Source: Armatimonadota bacterium (GTDB lineage: Bacteria > Sysuimicrobiota > Sysuimicrobiia > Sysuimicrobiales > Humicultoraceae). From it: a stretch of DNA of 16,727 nucleotides. Every line of letters starts with the position of its first letter. Positions within the stretch are counted from its first letter, which is position 1. Positions 7,358 through 15,405 of this stretch are shown in pieces. The translations under genes were made by a program, and so were the position numbers. Below the pieces are notes generated by a model. That model had not been told where the DNA came from. It was given only the letters and a program-made list of their open reading frames with translations, and did no database searches. The stretch covers positions 1 through 16,727 of the forward strand of contig JBBIJB010000053.1 of NCBI GenBank assembly GCA_037446215.1, in the 5' to 3' direction.

Positions 7358-9388
7358 ATGGAGCGACGCGCAGCCAGGATCGAGGATCTGATCGAGGTCC
7401 GATTCCCGCACAACGCGGCCCTCTCTCCCGATGGGAGCACCGTCGTCTTTGCGCTGGGAAGGCTGGAGCTGGAGTCGAACGAGATCAGGAGCCGGCTCTG
7501 GAAGGTGCCCTCGTCCGGGGGGACGCCGACCCCGTTCACGACAGGCGATGGCCGCGACGCCTCGCCGACCTGGTCGCCCGACGGCCGCTGGATCGCCTTC
7601 CTTTCGAACAGGGGGGGCAAGCAGAAGGGGCAGAAGCGCGCCGCGATGCAGCTCTGGCTTATCCCCTCCCAGGGAGGCGAGGCCCGCCAGCTCACCTTCT
7701 TCAAGGCCGGCGTCAGCCAGCCCTCATGGTCGCCGGACGGGCGGTCTATCGCATTCGTCTCGCGCGGCAGCCTGGATCGCATGGAAGCGGACGAGGCCGA
7801 GGAGCCGGCGGTCGTCCGCGAGGTCGCGCGTCCGAAGTACCGCTTCGACGCCATGGGCTACCTGGACGGCTACGCTCACATCTGGACCCTCTCTGTCGCC
7901 GGTCTTCTCGTCGGCGACGAGACCTCGGCCTCGCCCCCTCTGCCGGTCAGGATGACCGAGGGCGACTTCGACCACGACTCGCCTGCCTGGCTCCCCGGAG
8001 GAGCCGAGATCGTCTTCCTGGCGAACAGGACGGAGCGGGCCGACTTCTCATTCGTCCGAGACCTCTGGGCCGTAGGAGCGGACTCCCGCGCCCTGCGTCA
8101 GATCACCAGGAACAGCGGCCCCTGCGTCTCGCCCGCCCCCTCCCCGGACGGCAGGTGGATCGCCTACGTTGCCCACGACATGCGCTCGATGAGCGCGACC
8201 AACTTCGGCATCTGGATCGTGCCGGCCGAAGGCGGCGAGTCGGTCAACCTGACCGCTTCGTTCGACAGATCGATCGGCAACGCGGTGGGGAGCGACGTGC
8301 GGCTCGTGCCCATGTTCCCAGCCCCGGCGTGGGCGCCGGACGGGGGATCGCTCCTGTTCTTCTCCACCGACTCGGGCCGAACCCACCTCTACCGAGTGGA
8401 GGCGAAGGATCGGAGCGTCACCCAGTTAACCGACGGCCCGGAGGTCATCGCCGATCTCACCGCGGCAGGGGGCGTCGCGGTCTACCAGCGGATAACACCT
8501 ACCGCGCTGGACGAGCTGTGGGTCCTGCCGCCCTCCGGTGAGCCCACCAGGCTGGCGGGTTTCAACGACGATCTGCTCGCCGCGCTCGAGATCGGGGAGC
8601 CCGAACGCTTCGGCTACGAGGGGGCGGACGGGTGGCCGATGGAGGGCTGGGTGCTGAAGCCGCCCGGCTTCGACCCGTCCAGGAGATACCCTGCGATCCT
8701 GCGGATCCACGGCGGCCCCCACGCGGCGTTCGGCGACGCCTTCAACCACTACGTGGCCGTGCTCTCGGCCGCCGGCTACGTGGTAGTCTGGACCAACCCC
8801 CGCGGCAGCGGCAGCTACGGCGAGGCGTTCACCCGGGCGGTGATCGGCGACTGGGGCGGGAAGGACAGCCAGGACATCTTGATGGGGCTGGACTCGGTCG
8901 TCTCGGAGGGATACATAGACCCCGAGAGGGTGGCGGTCACCGGCGGCTCCTACGGCGGCTTCATGACCTTCTGGCTGATCGGTCACACCGCCCGCTTCCG
9001 ATGCGCCGTCAGCGAGGTTCCCGTCAGCAACCTGCTGAGCTTCTTTGGGACGAGCGACATCGGCGCGACCTGGGGCGAGATGGAGTGGGAGGCCAACCCC
9101 TGGGACGATCCCGATCGGCTGCTCCGCCACTCGCCGCTGATGTACGCCAGGAACGTGACCACGCCGGTCCTCATCACCGCGAACGAGGCCGACCACCGCT
9201 GCCCGCCCGAGCAGGCGGAGCAGTTCTACATGGCGCTGCGCAAGCTCGGCAAGGAGGCCCTATTCCTACGCTTCCAGGATGAGAGCCACACGATGAGCTC
9301 GAGCGGCAGGCCCAAGCCGCGGATCGAGAGGCTGCGCCGCCTGGTCGCCTGGTTCGAGCGGCACCTGGAACCTTCGCGCCACTCCTAG
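7358..9388 (+). CDS. S9 family serine peptidase (acylaminoacyl/dipeptidyl aminopeptidase type; beta-propeller plus alpha/beta hydrolase)
   Basis: RBS GAGGGGG before ATG 7358. Repeated (W)SPDG propeller motifs, IHGGPH, NPRGSGSYG, nucleophile GGSYGG, Asp in ADHRCP and His in ESH. No signal peptide. Confidence 0.93.
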   Translation: MERRAARIEDLIEVRFPHNAALSPDGSTVVFALGRLELESNEIRSRLWKVPSSGGTPTPFTTGDGRDASPTWSPDGRWIAFLSNRGGKQKGQKRAAMQLWLIPSQGGEARQLTFFKAGVSQPSWSPDGRSIAFVSRGSLDRMEADEAEEPAVVREVARPKYRFDAMGYLDGYAHIWTLSVAGLLVGDETSASPPLPVRMTEGDFDHDSPAWLPGGAEIVFLANRTERADFSFVRDLWAVGADSRALRQITRNSGPCVSPAPSPDGRWIAYVAHDMRSMSATNFGIWIVPAEGGESVNLTASFDRSIGNAVGSDVRLVPMFPAPAWAPDGGSLLFFSTDSGRTHLYRVEAKDRSVTQLTDGPEVIADLTAAGGVAVYQRITPTALDELWVLPPSGEPTRLAGFNDDLLAALEIGEPERFGYEGADGWPMEGWVLKPPGFDPSRRYPAILRIHGGPHAAFGDAFNHYVAVLSAAGYVVVWTNPRGSGSYGEAFTRAVIGDWGGKDSQDILMGLDSVVSEGYIDPERVAVTGGSYGGFMTFWLIGHTARFRCAVSEVPVSNLLSFFGTSDIGATWGEMEWEANPWDDPDRLLRHSPLMYARNVTTPVLITANEADHRCPPEQAEQFYMALRKLGKEALFLRFQDESHTMSSSGRPKPRIERLRRLVAWFERHLEPSRHS

Positions 9389-9442
9389 CCCGCCTAGCGC
9401 TTCCCTGGGCCTATGGGCCGCGGTGAGATCCGACTGCCCCAG

Positions 9443-9469
9443 GCAGGGATTCCCTCGGTCGTGGCGAAG
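9443..9469 (+). promoter_or_regulatory. Possible SigH-like promoter for the GntR gene
   Basis: GCAGGGATT...GCGAAG (AGGG-N17-GAAG), ending 9 nt before ATG 9479. Confidence 0.35.
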
Positions 9470-9478
9470 CCGGTGGTA

Positions 9479-10294
9479 ATGACTGGTAACTACCAGAACG
9501 GCCGACCAGACGGCAAGACATCGTCCCGCGGATCCCGGTTGTTGCACCGCGATCACGCCGTCCCTCTCCACCGCCAGCTCGGGATGCTGCTGGCGTCACA
9601 GATCCGCACCGGACAGGTCCGTCCCGGCGAGCGCTTTCCGTCGGAGCGTGACCTGTGCCTCACCTACGGTGTGAGCAGGACCACCGTCCGACAGACCGTC
9701 GCCGATCTCGTGGCGTCCGGCCTGCTGGTGCGTGTGCCGGCACACGGCACCTTTGTGGCCACGCCCCGGATAGACCAGGACCTCTCCCGCGTGGTTCGCT
9801 TCTCGGATGCCGTCTCGGCCGCCGGGTACCACCCCTCGGCCCGGCTGCTCGGAGTGAGGACGGCGCAGGCATCATCGTCCGTCTCGGCGGCCCTCGGGCT
9901 CACCCAGGACGAGGCGGTCACGGTCGTGGAGCTGCTGAGCATGGCCGACGGCACGCCGATCGCCTCCTACACCATTCACCTTCCTCAGGAGACAGGCGAG
10001 CCCACGGCCCGCGCGCTGGTTGCCGCCGAGGCCGAGGGCCGTGTCACCTTCGGGCTAGTCCTTGAGCATGTCCGTCGCACCGCTGGGCTCGAGCCTGCCC
10101 AGGTCGTGCAGACCTACGAGGCCGCGCTGGCCTCGGAGGAGACTGCCCGCCGCCTGCAAATAGGCGCCGGCGCGCCGGTCGTGGCGAGTACCAGGACGGT
10201 GCTCACCGCCTCCGGGCAGCCGGTCACCCACGACCACGCCTACTACAGAGGGGACGCCTACCGGTTCACAATCCGCCGCGCCTACTCGCTCTAG
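9479..10294 (+). CDS. GntR family transcriptional regulator, HutC subfamily (wHTH plus UTRA)
   Basis: N-terminal PLHRQL...PGERFPSERDL...GVSRTTVRQ...GTFV and a C-terminal UTRA-like domain ending YRGDAYRF. Start uncertain (ATG 9413 or 9479); neither has a clear RBS. Confidence 0.88.
   Translation: MTGNYQNGRPDGKTSSRGSRLLHRDHAVPLHRQLGMLLASQIRTGQVRPGERFPSERDLCLTYGVSRTTVRQTVADLVASGLLVRVPAHGTFVATPRIDQDLSRVVRFSDAVSAAGYHPSARLLGVRTAQASSSVSAALGLTQDEAVTVVELLSMADGTPIASYTIHLPQETGEPTARALVAAEAEGRVTFGLVLEHVRRTAGLEPAQVVQTYEAALASEETARRLQIGAGAPVVASTRTVLTASGQPVTHDHAYYRGDAYRFTIRRAYSL
9483..9496. promoter_or_regulatory. Putative HutC-type GntR operator (autoregulatory)
   Basis: CTGGTA-AC-TACCAG is an inverted repeat with a TGGT-N4-ACCA core, like DasR/NagR/PhnF operators, at the 5' end of the GntR gene. 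Confidence 0.55.
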
Positions 10295-10369
10295 GGGCGC
10301 GAGGGAGAGCCGAGGGCACGCAGGCACAGACAGGTGCTGCCCTCGAAGGAGTGTCCAACCTACAGGTCC

Positions 10370-10398
10370 TTGACGCATCCCGTAGCGTATGATTTACT
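10370..10398 (+). promoter_or_regulatory. Putative sigma70-type promoter of the ArsR-HTH-MFS operon
   Basis: TTGACG at 10370-10375, a 17-nt spacer, then TTTACT at 10393-10398 preceded by TGn. TATGAT at 10388-10393 is an alternative -10. This is the most AT-rich patch in the window. Confidence 0.55.
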
Positions 10399-10424
10399 CC
10401 TATGTAGACGGCCGTCTACATAGG
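10399..10424. promoter_or_regulatory. Perfect 26-bp palindrome, probable operator of the downstream ArsR-type regulator
   Basis: CCTATGTAGACGG|CCGTCTACATAGG has no spacer or mismatch and lies directly after the -10 element. Confidence 0.75.
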
Positions 10425-10456
10425 CGCTATCGCGGAAGACGTGCCGTCTCCCGCCG

Positions 10457-11515
10457 ATGAAGATAATCGACCTGACAGCACCGCGCCGCGAGTTCACCGT
10501 ACGCATAGACCCCTCCCCCGCGTACGACTTCCTGGCATGCCTGTTCCTCCTGGGCAGGTACGAGCCGGGGCTGGGCTTCGACGTTCCCGGCGCCTGGGTC
10601 GCCGAGGCCCGCGCGGCCCTCGGCGAGGAGCTCCTGGCCGACTTTACTCTCTTCTTCCCGCGATTCGGGCCGACCATGGCCCTGGTGGGAGTGCTCGGCA
10701 ACACGCCCGCTCTGCCCGTGCGCGCCTTCCTGAAGCGGGTGGCCGCCACGAGGGCAGGGGCCCTTGTGGAGCTGATGCTCTCGGAGGCGCTGGCCGACCG
10801 CCGCTCGCTTCCGCTGCTGCGCGCGGCGATCGGGGGGGCCGAGCGGGAGCAGGATGCGTTCCTCGCCTCCACGAGACCCGAGATAGCACCGGGATCGCTG
10901 CGCGCGATAGTCGCCCTTCCCCCGCGGGAGGCAAAGGTGCGGCTGCTGCGGCTCCTGCGGGAGGGCTACTCGCGCGTCTACGCTCGCGAGGAGGCCGCGA
11001 TCCTGCCCTTGCTCGAGCGGGACGCGGAGAGCCTGGCCAGGCGCGCGACCTCGCTGGGCGGCGCGCAGCTGGTGGAGTACGCGACCGGAGGCCACGTCAT
11101 CGGCGCGGAGGCCACGGTATCAGGGGTGGTCCTGGCGCCCACCTACTTCTTCAGGCCCTACAACCTGGTCACCGCCTACGATGGGGTCAGGGTCTTCATC
11201 TACCCGATCGAGGCGTCGCAGCAGGAGGAGTCTCCGCCGCCCGAGATGATCCGCTTCTACAAGGCGCTCGGCGACGAGACGCGGCTGCGTATCCTGCGGA
11301 TGCTCTCGGCCCGCGAGATGTACCTGCAGGAGCTCGCCAACGCGCTCGGCGTCTCGCACGTAACCGTCCTCCACCACATGGCGATGCTCCGGGCAGCGCG
11401 GCTCGTCAGGGTGGTGGAGCGTGAGAACCTGAAGTACTACCGCCTTCGGGCAGAGCGCGCCGACGAGGCAGCCAGGCTCTGGCTTGGGTTCGTCCTCTCA
11501 GGCGGCGGCTCGTAG
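10457..11515 (+). CDS. Long ArsR/SmtB-family transcriptional regulator (large N-terminal domain, C-terminal wHTH)
   Basis: C-terminal FYKALGDETRLRILRML...LQELANALGVSHVTVLHHMAMLRAARLV...KYYRL is an ArsR wHTH. It is preceded by about 270 aa of unknown function. Confidence 0.87.
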   Translation: MKIIDLTAPRREFTVRIDPSPAYDFLACLFLLGRYEPGLGFDVPGAWVAEARAALGEELLADFTLFFPRFGPTMALVGVLGNTPALPVRAFLKRVAATRAGALVELMLSEALADRRSLPLLRAAIGGAEREQDAFLASTRPEIAPGSLRAIVALPPREAKVRLLRLLREGYSRVYAREEAAILPLLERDAESLARRATSLGGAQLVEYATGGHVIGAEATVSGVVLAPTYFFRPYNLVTAYDGVRVFIYPIEASQQEESPPPEMIRFYKALGDETRLRILRMLSAREMYLQELANALGVSHVTVLHHMAMLRAARLVRVVERENLKYYRLRAERADEAARLWLGFVLSGGGS

Positions 11516-11548
11516 TCCCGGGCGATCGATCCGGAGGTCTGGCCCGCA

Positions 11549-11770
11549 ATGGAACGCAGGGGATCGGTGCTGGAACACGAGATTCTCACGGTCGAACAGG
11601 CCGCCGACTACCTACAGGTTCACAAGATGACCCTCTACCGCTACATCAGGGAGGGGCTGCTCCCCGCTGTGAAGCTGGGAAAGATGTACCGCATCTTCCG
11701 GCGCGACGTCGAGGCCTTCCTCGACTCCCTCAAGCACGACCCATCCCGCACGGGCACGGCGGGGAAGTGA
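11549..11770 (+). CDS. Small excisionase-like (MerR-type HTH) DNA-binding protein
   Basis: ILTVEQAADYLQVHKMTLYRYIREGLLPAVKLGKMYRIFRRDVEAFL is a typical Xis-like HTH. GGAGG at 11533-11537; GTG 11567 is an alternative start. Confidence 0.88.
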   Translation: MERRGSVLEHEILTVEQAADYLQVHKMTLYRYIREGLLPAVKLGKMYRIFRRDVEAFLDSLKHDPSRTGTAGK

Positions 11771-12996
11771 TCGGAGCTCTCGGGACCTTCGTAGCGCTCC
11801 GCCATCCTCACTACAGGCGGTTCTGGTGGGGAGGGCTGGTCTCCCTCACCGGGACCTGGATGAAGGTCACCGCGCTGGCGTGGCTCGTCTACGACCTGAC
11901 CGGCTCCCCGCTGATGCTGGGCACGGTCACCTTCGCCCAGACGCTTCCCACGATGGTCCTATCGCTTGTGGGAGGCGCGCTCGCCGACCGGTCGGAGAAG
12001 CGCCATGCCCTCGTGGCCACCCAGGCTACCTTCCTGGCGGTGGCCGCGACGCTCGCCTTCCTTACGCTCACCGACCGGATAGAGGTGTGGCACATCCTGG
12101 CGCTCAGCGCGGTAACCGGGATCTCCTCCGCGTTGGACATGCCGGCCAGGCAGTCGCTGATTCCCTATCTGGTGGCGCGGGAGAACCTGCTCAACGCCGT
12201 CGCGCTGAACTCCGCGGTGTTCAACGGCTCGAGGATCTTCGGCCCCGCACTCGCCGGCCTCATGATCGACCAGCTCGGCGGGCGCTCGGGCGCCGGCTGG
12301 TGCTTCGCGGTAAACGCGGTGGCCTACCTGGCGGTGATAGGAGCGCTCCTTGCGATTCCCGTCAACTCGAGGCCGGACGGCGCTGAGCGGCAGAACATCG
12401 TGAGCGCGGTGCGCGACGGCGTCGCCTTCGTCTACGGCAGCCCGCCGCTGCGCACGCTGATAGCCCTCCTAGCCGTCGCCGGGACATTCGGGTTCTCCTA
12501 CACGGTCCTGATGCCGGTGTTCGCCAAGGACGTGCTGAGCGTGCCGGCGGGCGGCTTCGGAATGCTGCTCACCTTCAACGGGATCGGTGCTACGGCGGGC
12601 GCCCTTATGGTGGCTACCTTCCGTCCGGCCAGGCCCGGTCTGCTGATCCTCGCGACGCTGCTGGCGTTCCTGGCGACACTGGCTGTGTTCGCGCTGACCA
12701 CCACCTACGCCCTCTCGCTCGCGGCCATGGTGGGCGTCGGGGGAGCGATGGTCGCCTACATGGCGTCGACCAACACGACCATCCAGTCTATGGTTCCCGA
12801 TGCGCTGCGCGGCCGGGTGATGAGCATCTACATCCTGGCTTTCTTTGGAACGGCGCCCTTTGGAGGGCTGATCATGGGCTCGCTCGCGTCGGCGCTGGGC
12901 GCCAGGGCCGCGGTCCTCATCGGGGTCGCCGTTTGCGGGGTCGCCGTGCTGCTGCTGCGCTCCGTTGTCCTGGTCGGTTCCAACCGAAGCGGGTGA
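11767..12996 (+). CDS. Major facilitator superfamily transporter (putative exporter)
   Basis: About 12 TM helices. Motifs ALRHPHYRRFW, GGALADR, DMPARQS, NAVALNS..FN..RI.GPALAG and LRGRVMS. GTGA overlap with the HTH gene stop. Confidence 0.92.
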   Translation: MIGALGTFVALRHPHYRRFWWGGLVSLTGTWMKVTALAWLVYDLTGSPLMLGTVTFAQTLPTMVLSLVGGALADRSEKRHALVATQATFLAVAATLAFLTLTDRIEVWHILALSAVTGISSALDMPARQSLIPYLVARENLLNAVALNSAVFNGSRIFGPALAGLMIDQLGGRSGAGWCFAVNAVAYLAVIGALLAIPVNSRPDGAERQNIVSAVRDGVAFVYGSPPLRTLIALLAVAGTFGFSYTVLMPVFAKDVLSVPAGGFGMLLTFNGIGATAGALMVATFRPARPGLLILATLLAFLATLAVFALTTTYALSLAAMVGVGGAMVAYMASTNTTIQSMVPDALRGRVMSIYILAFFGTAPFGGLIMGSLASALGARAAVLIGVAVCGVAVLLLRSVVLVGSNRSG

Positions 12997-13267
12997 GGTC
13001 TATCCTTCCAGCGTCGTCGACCCGAATCCCCTCCGCCTCCAGGCGCCTTCGCTGCTCGGCCTCGATCCTGCGGCCCGCGATCCTGCCGTGCGCCGGCACG
13101 ACCCTCCACCACGGCGCCGCGTCGGCGTCGGGCAGGGATGCCAGGGCCCAGCCCACCGTTCGAGCACCGGCCCGCAGCCCGGTTTCCCTCGCCACCTCGC
13201 CGTAGGTGGCAACCCTGCCCCTCGGTATGCGCCGCACGACTGCGTAGACGCGATCGAACAGACCCAT
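12917..13267 (-). CDS. atl: Alkyltransferase-like protein (ATL, MGMT family, catalytic Cys replaced by Trp)
   Basis: VRRIPRGRVATYGEVA, ARTVGWAL, PWWRVV in place of PCHRV, and QRRRLEAEG. GTG 13270 is an alternative start. Confidence 0.88.
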   Translation of the reverse strand: MGLFDRVYAVVRRIPRGRVATYGEVARETGLRAGARTVGWALASLPDADAAPWWRVVPAHGRIAGRRIEAEQRRRLEAEGIRVDDAGRIDLTRFGWNRPGQRSAAAARRPRKRRPR

Positions 13268-13279
13268 CACGGAGCCGCT

Positions 13280-14701
13280 CTACCCGGATCCGCCGGCGCC
13301 GGGCCGGCCGGGCTCGGTCATCCGCTCAGGGTCCAGGATCTCCTCGAGCCTCTCGGCTGGGAGCAGCCCCTGCTCGAGGGCGATCTCCCGGATGGTCCTG
13401 CCTGTGCGGGCGGCCTCCCCGGCCACCTTCGCCGCGGCGTCGTACCCGATCGCCGGCGCCAGGGCGGTCGCCAGCATCAGCCCCCGCTCCACGGACTCCG
13501 GCCCCCTCCCGGTTGCCTCCAGACCCTGGATGCAGCGGCGGGCGAAGCCCTGCGAGGCCGCCGCCAGCAGCGCGAGCGAGCCGAGCAGGTTGTGCGCCAT
13601 TACCGGCATCATCGTGTTGAGCTCGAAGCTGCCCCACTCGTTGCCCAACGCCACCACCAGGTCGTTGCCCACGACCTGCGAGCATGCCTGGATCACGGAC
13701 TCGGCGATCACAGGGTTGACCTTGCCCGGCATGATCGAGGAGCCCGGCTGCACCGCCGGCAGGGCCAGCTCGGCTAGGCCCGCGCGGGGGCCGGATCCCA
13801 TCCAGCGGATGTCGTTGGCGATCTTGGTCAGGGCGGTGGCGTAACCCCGCAGGACCCCCGAGGTGAAGGTGACCGCATCGAGGCACGCCTGGGCTTGGAA
13901 GTGGGCCGCGGTCTCCCGCACCTCGATCCCGAGGAGATCGGACAGCCTCCCGCAGACGCGTGAGGCGAACTCGGGGTGGGCGTTCACGCCCGAGCCGACC
14001 GCGGTCCCGCCCAACGCCACCTCCCGTAGCTCGGACTCGGCGTATCCGAGGCGCCTCCTGGCGGAGGCGACCTGGTCGGCGTACCCCTGGAGCTCCTGGC
14101 CAAGCCGGATCGGGGTGGCATCCATCAGGTGCGTCCTGCCTGTCTTGACCACGCCCCACCAGGCCCGGGCCTTGTCGCGAAGCGCGGACTCGAGCTCGTC
14201 CAGCGCCGGCACGAGCTCCTCGCGCAGGGCGATCAGCGCCGCGAGGTGGATGGCCGTCGGGATCACGTCGTTGCTTGACTGGCAGAGGTTGACATGGTCG
14301 TTGGGATGCACGCTCTTCGTACCGCGCCCCATCCCCAGCAGCTCCGCTGCCCTGTTCGCGATGACCTCGTTGGCGTTCATGTTCGTGGAGGTTCCGGATC
14401 CGGTCTGGTAGATGTCGACCGGGAACTCGCCGTCGAGCCGGCCGTCGGCCACCTCTCGCGCGGCGAGGGCGATCGCGCGCGCGGTCTCGGGCTCGAGCAG
14501 CCCCAGCTCCGCGTTGACCTCGGCCGCGGCCGCCTTCATCGCCCCAATCGCCCTGATGAACACCCGCGGGAACCGCAGGCCGCTGATGCGGAAGTTGTCG
14601 ATCGCGCGGGCGGTCTCCGCCCCGTAGTAGGCTTTGGAAGGGACCTCCATCGCGCCGAGGGAGTCGCGCTCCAGCCGGATCCTGCCCTCATCCTGGTTCA
14701 C
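13280..14701 (-). CDS. fumC: Class II fumarate hydratase
   Basis: GTG 14701 follows GGAGGT. Motifs ERDSLG, QTGSGTSTNMNANEV, HPNDHVN, KTGRTHLMDATP, SGPRAGL and GSSIMPGKVNP. QTGSGT and RTHL favour fumarase over aspartase. Confidence 0.9.
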   Translation of the reverse strand: MNQDEGRIRLERDSLGAMEVPSKAYYGAETARAIDNFRISGLRFPRVFIRAIGAMKAAAAEVNAELGLLEPETARAIALAAREVADGRLDGEFPVDIYQTGSGTSTNMNANEVIANRAAELLGMGRGTKSVHPNDHVNLCQSSNDVIPTAIHLAALIALREELVPALDELESALRDKARAWWGVVKTGRTHLMDATPIRLGQELQGYADQVASARRRLGYAESELREVALGGTAVGSGVNAHPEFASRVCGRLSDLLGIEVRETAAHFQAQACLDAVTFTSGVLRGYATALTKIANDIRWMGSGPRAGLAELALPAVQPGSSIMPGKVNPVIAESVIQACSQVVGNDLVVALGNEWGSFELNTMMPVMAHNLLGSLALLAAASQGFARRCIQGLEATGRGPESVERGLMLATALAPAIGYDAAAKVAGEAARTGRTIREIALEQGLLPAERLEEILDPERMTEPGRPGAGGSG

Positions 14702-14741
14702 CGTCCACCTCCGCGCCGGTGGTCTCCCGCGCACGGGAGAG

Positions 14742-14769
14742 GTTAGGTGCGCGCCCCGCGTGCTCCTCT
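14742..14769 (-). promoter_or_regulatory. Possible promoter for fumC-atl (SigH-like spacing)
   Basis: Minus strand reads AGAGGA-N18-TAAC(CT). TAACCT could instead be a sigma70 -10. Confidence 0.3.
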
Positions 14770-14802
14770 CGGCGATCGGCCCGGCGGGCCCGCGCAGGCC
14801 AG

Positions 14803-14830
14803 GGAGGTTCCGGCGGCCGCCGCGGAGAAG
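14803..14830 (+). promoter_or_regulatory. Possible SigH-like promoter for rubrerythrin-sucCD
   Basis: GGAGGT-N18-GAAG. It shares the 10-mer CCGCGGAGAA with the element upstream of gmhA. Confidence 0.3.
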
Positions 14831-14882
14831 GCCGAGAGCGGGCAGGATCACCCAGAGGATGCGTCCGCGGAGGGAGGTCTCT

Positions 14883-15380
<498 letters not shown>

Positions 15381-15405
15381 GCCGTCCCAGGCGATTGGAG
15401 CCGCC

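Noticed and set aside
7420..8345. Repeated SPDG-encoding DNA segments as a repeat array
   Set aside because: They are the beta-propeller blades of the S9 peptidase.
10399..10424. Palindrome as an intrinsic terminator or CRISPR repeat
   Set aside because: It has no loop and no U-tract, occurs once, and sits directly after a promoter.
11549..11770. Excisionase as a sign of a prophage or integrative element
   Set aside because: No integrase, tRNA target, att repeats or phage genes are in the window, and the gene is coupled to an MFS gene.
12917..13267. Active O6-methylguanine methyltransferase (ogt/ada)
   Set aside because: The acceptor Cys is replaced by Trp and the N-terminal domain is missing.
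13280..14701. Aspartate ammonia-lyase (aspA) instead of fumC
   Set aside because: QTGSGT and RTHLMDATP match fumarase, whereas aspartases have QGGAGT. sucCD is also adjacent.
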